Positions 59,401 to 64,000 of a stretch of DNA of 64,000 nt are shown here, one piece after another. The position numbers and the translations under genes are program-made. Location of the stretch: the NCBI GenBank assembly GCA_002269645.1, contig NIVC01001877.1, positions 1-64,000 of the forward strand, in the 5' to 3' direction. The stretch comes from Macrostomum lignano. Its lineage: Eukaryota. The notes beneath the pieces are model-generated. The model searched no databases. It had not been told where the DNA came from and saw only the letters and a list, made by a program, of their open reading frames with translations. Numbering within the stretch: position 1 is the stretch's first letter; each line of letters opens with the position of its first letter.

Positions 59401-61811
59401 CAATACTCATGTAACTCGGGATGAGTGCTTGAATATACATGTATGTAGTGTACGTGCGCTGTATGGGATATATATCTACATAGCTGTACCATTTATGTAC
59501 TTGGATGACCCAGAGTCTAACGAGATTCCATAAAGTGGCGGAAGGGCCCAGGTTCAAAAAGCCGAAAAAAGTGGTGATGTTAACAAAGAAGTCTAAATTG
59601 CCACCGAGCAGTACAAGTCTCTTATTATTGCTAGTTCCCCAATTAGTAAAATATATAGCATTGTGTCTGCAAACTGAAAAGCCTTCAAAAATTGATTCGC
59701 AGAAACATGAATAGGCCCTACTTCGCCGAAATGTCGCGCACGCACAGCCACAAAAAACTCCTAGAGAAATTAACTGAAAGTTGTATTTAACGTATAAAAA
59801 CATTCCTTTATTTTTAACTGAGTACTTATAGACACGGCGGCAATGTCTATCCTATAATGTTGGAGCTTATAGACAGGCACGTCCACTATGTCTATAATGT
59901 TAAGCACAGATTTTGGCAATAAAGAGATGGCTGCCGTCCCAGACTTCAGTGTCAAGTCAACATCAAATCAAATTATAACAGAGATTATATTCCGCCACCC
60001 TCTGTGTCTAAGACTCTAAGTCACGTTACTAAGTGTGCATGAACCCATTCAAGACTATCCTATCTTAAAGACTATCCTAGGCCTATTTGATGCCATTAGT
60101 TGTCCTAACTCCTACCTAGGGCTAAATCTCTACTTTCTTAGAATTGGTCTGAGTTATATTAGCCTATTCTTAGCATCTTGGGAGTATTTGTCTAACTCTA
60201 ACTCTAAGTATTTATCTTAAGTATTTGTCTGAGTATTTATATGTAGGAGTATTTTTAGTGTTCTTATTTAGTTCTAATACTAATACTAATAGCATTATAT
60301 GTAAATGGCCTAAGTAGTATATTACTGTTATTACTACTAGTAACAGTAGGTCTATATTTACTGCATATGCAACATACATGATATATATAATATATTTTAC
60401 TTGGAACACTTATCAATTGATAACTTTGTTATTAATTGCCTCAAACCATAATAGGCAAGGACAAGGTTGGTTCTCCTTTTAAAAAATTATATCTATTTAA
60501 ACTAGGCCAATTTTAGACTTTAGTTCATTTAAAACAAAAAAATAAGTTTCAAAAATATTTTAGGAATAAATAAGAAGAAGAAATTTAAAAAGAAATATTT
60601 TTAGTTTTTGTACAGATTTAAAATTAGATAGGAAGATTCTTGACTTTACCAGTCCTATATTAGATATACTTAATTGATAAAATTTTTATTATTTTTACTT
60701 TTCAAATAGGTTAGGATAGGTTAGCTTTGTTGCCTCTCATATATATGCAACCTCCAAAATTCAGTTGGCTGTGCAACTTAGTTTTAACAAAAAATACAAT
60801 CTAGTTTTTGGCCAAAAATGGAACTTATATATAAAAGAAACCCTAAAGCAAAATTAATGCAACTTTGGATAAATGGCAATAGTAACTATGACTGTCTTAT
60901 TAAGGCAAAATGCTTCATTATCTACAAAGTACTACTTTAGTATTTATTCAGCTAGGCATTTTTGCAACTTACCTTGGTTGGCTACCAAATTGGTTGGCTA
61001 GATTGGCTAACTTAGCCGACTGTTACATATGTATGTTGTCTCTAGTCAAGAAACAACTTCTTTTATGCTAAATTATATCTACTATAAGAAGAAAAAAGAA
61101 CTAAAAGTACTAATTATAATAAAAATAGTTTCTTTATAGTCCCCTATGACCTTTGCATTTTATACCTATGTCCTATTGCTGCCAATGGCCATTATTGTAG
61201 TCAGGTTTTTTGGGCCATGTGGGTTTTTTGGCCCCTTCAAAATCTCATTGGTAATTGGATTTTTGGTATCAGCATCCAATCTTGCAACTTCATTTTCCCC
61301 ATGCTAGTTGCCAATTTCAAAAAAAGATTTTGTAAGTAAAAAAATTATATAAATCAATATGATAGAATTGTTTGTTTGCTATTGTTTGCAGCATTAAGCA
61401 GTAATCTTAGAGTTGAAAACAAATTTCTGCTTTTCAAATGCAGCCTTAGGTATATCTATCCTTGAGAATTTGGCTTTTTACCATTGGGCAACTGAAAATA
61501 GCCATTGGCAACTGGATTTTGAGCCCCAAAAGCCAGCTGGCAACTGGATTTCCAACCTTAAAAAAACCCAGATCTAGCATGGATTGGCCCTCGGTAATGC
61601 AGGCATTGTCTGGCACAATTAGGCATAGGAAAGGGGATGTCCAATGCAGTTTAGACCTTGGTTGCAATAGGGTGCCTAAGGCTGACTTTATAGTTATTAT
61701 TGTAGAGATTTAGGTTATTTTGGCTAGGCCTATATTTGATTTATTATCATCAATAGATAAAGGGATAAAAAGCTCAAACATGACTTACTGATAATAGAAA
61801 TTGTTTAAATA

Positions 61812-62000
61812 AAAAGTTTCATATGTGCGCAACCTGGGAATCACCTGGCCATTTCTATTGGCAACACACACATATAAGTCGCTATTGGCTGAGAGCAGTC
61901 ACATGACTGCTATTCTGTCCAATAGCGACATAACATGTGTGTGTTGTCAATAGAAACGGCCAAGTTAATCCCAAGGTTGCACCCAAGCATGAAAAGTTTT
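61812..62000. repeat. About 190-bp imperfect palindrome (fold-back MITE-like)
   Basis: gcaacc..ggcc.tttctattg.caacacacacat..gtcgctattgg pairs with ccaatagcgac..atgtgtgtgttgtcaatagaaacggcc..ggttgc; centre gcagtcacatgactgc. Confidence 0.85.
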
Positions 62001-62666
62001 ATCAAAACAAAGTTTTTAGACAAAAATGGTATATTGCCTAATACTAAGTATAAACTAAAATTTTGAAGATCTAAGAAGTTTTGTAACTTTTTTAATAATT
62101 TACCAGTTTAAAAAGTTTTAAGGTTTGTTTAATACCTACCATTTTCATATTTAAATTTAAATTTAAAAAAGCAAAAGCAAAAAAAGCAAAATTTAAATCA
62201 TACTGAGGTAAGGCAGCATGCTTCAGAAGGCAAATGAAAATAATGTGAAAATCGACACAGATTAAGTTAGATAAAATTCTTTCAACGCATTTCAGTCCAA
62301 CCAGGGCCATTTTCAGTGTCTGATGTATCTTTCACTCAATGCAACAACTTTTATAAGAGATAAATAGAGAACAAATGTTTACTGTACAGGCCAAGGGCAT
62401 ATCAGGGGCAGATGGTTCAATGTAAGTGAGCAGAGATTGCGAGTACAATGATTGGGTTTGTGCCTTTGCTTAGAATACCTTGAGTAAATGGCCCGCACCA
62501 CTGTGAGAAAGTTAAATATTTAGATTTGGTTTCGGGTTTTTAATGTACAATACATGGATTCGAGTCTATCGAGTCTAAAGTATAATTATTAGACTGCGTC
62601 AGTTTAGCCTTCTGGGGTCGAAATAATAAAATATGTCATCAATGCGACCCTGTCACGTGCCCGCAG

Positions 62667-64000
62667 TCGGACATCACATTCAAAAAGGTCAAGCGGTCAA
62701 TCCGCGTCAAACAGCCTGCCGTGGTGGTTCCAAAGCCGTCATCCTTGGCTGACGGCAGCGACTCAGACAATGACAGCGAGAAAGATCCGCCTGCGACTGC
62801 TGCACCATCGAATTCAAAGTCGAATTCTTTTAAGCATCAGCAGGCCAAGTCCTCAAAGTCGGCCGACCTGCCAACCCTGACCGCTTCGGCCTCCGCTCTG
62901 TCCTTTCAAGACGATCTGATTGCCGACGGCGGTGAAGAATTTCGCGTGAAAAAGTCCAGCAATAGCAGGAAGTTGGCTAAACGCCAGAGGCTCAGATACG
63001 ATAAGGAGGCTGCGGCTGCTGCTGCTGCTGCTGATACCGCTGCTTACTCAGGAAATAGTGGCGGCGCTGGCCCAGGCTCATCCGCTGCAGACGAAATTCA
63101 AGAAGTTGAAATGGAAGACGACTATCCGGTGTCCGTGCAGCAGCTTCGGTCGCAGGTTTTTTTACTGGGCTGTTGATTTTTTGTGTTCTTCAGTCCGCAA
63201 CGTCCACCTCACTTCTGTGTCCTTCAGTCCGCAACGTCCACCTCACCTCTGTGTCCTTCAGTCCGCAACGTCCACCTCACCTCTGTGTCCTTCAGTCCGC
63301 AATGTCTACCTCACCTCTGTGTTCTTCAGTCCGCAATGTCTACCTCACCTCGTGTCCTTCAGTCCGCAATGTCCACCTCACCTCTGTGTCCATCAGTCCG
63401 CAATGCCACCCTCTGTCTGTGTCCTTCAGTCCCGCAATTCCACTCTCTGCCTGTGTCCATCAGTCCGCAATGCCACCCTCTGTCTGTGTCTTTCAGTCCG
63501 CAATGCCCCATCAACCATGTGTCCTTAAAAAGTGCGGCTGGCAGTCTGCCAAAAGTACACACAAATTCTATATAAAAGAGCCATAAAATCCGCAGATTGC
63601 CAGCCAGGGCATTCCGGACAGCCGCACCGTCTATCAGCTGAAGCTGCAGCGCCAATTGGCTGCTCGGGCCCGACGCGCCAACCAAGCCGGCGCCAGCGAC
63701 AACGACAGCCCAGGCCGACCGGCAGACGATGACACTAACAGCGGCTTCGGCGGCGGCGACGACTCCGACGTTGCCGACGTTCTCGACGACGACAACGGTG
63801 ACGGCAGCGGCGGCGGAGTTCGGGTTCGCCTTCTCGGCACCCTGCGGCCGGAGGCTGAGCGACGCATGATGCGGGACCAGTTCCTGGCTGCCGAGCACGG
63901 CTCGCCTCCCCGATCATTTTTAAACGAGCGATCGGCAAACGACAACTACGACGACGACTATGATGACGACGACGGATTTCCTGGCGGCGGCGGCTCAGAG
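62667..64000 (+). CDS. PAXBP1: PAXBP1/GCFC family protein, 5' part; exons 62667-63155 and 63596 to beyond the window end
   Basis: LSFQDD..EEFRVKKSSNSRKLAK and GIPDSRTVY..K..RQLA match the PAXBP1/GCFC N-terminal motifs. Phase-0 GT-AG intron. No in-frame ATG upstream of the first acceptor. GCFC2 cannot be excluded. Confidence 0.8.
63185..63510. repeat. 34-bp minisatellite (tcagtccgcaacgtccacctcacctctgtgtcct) in the PAXBP1 intron
   Basis: About 9-10 copies. Confidence 0.94.

Overview
This is eukaryotic (animal) genomic DNA with GC-rich exons, AT-rich spacers and introns packed with micro- and minisatellites. Sequence style and scattered 1-nt indels in coding regions suggest a flatworm such as Macrostomum lignano in a long-read assembly; that is inference, not proof. 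Genes resolved to exon level, in order: WDR17 (+), DZANK1 (-, 10 exons, 716 aa), a divergent parkin (-, 4 exons, 424 aa), a RING-less TRIM2/3-like coiled-coil/filamin/NHL gene (+), a disabled discoidin/C-type-lectin-like gene (-), three tandem intronless Cys-loop receptor genes plus a fourth truncated copy (+), GIPC (+, 350 aa) and the 5' part of PAXBP1/GCFC (+). Mobile DNA includes tRNA-derived SINEs, MITEs, a CRE-type non-LTR fragment and a Penelope-like RT remnant. The strongest novelty candidate is the intronless nAChR-like cluster: it has lost the acetylcholine-binding residues, keeps an identical cation pore and has divergent ligand domains, resembling cephalopod chemotactile receptors. 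Also notable: a PAXBP1 with no local in-frame ATG that may take its start codon from the flatworm spliced leader, a parkin lacking canonical autoinhibitory and phospho-binding residues, and a possible parkin-DZANK1 operon.
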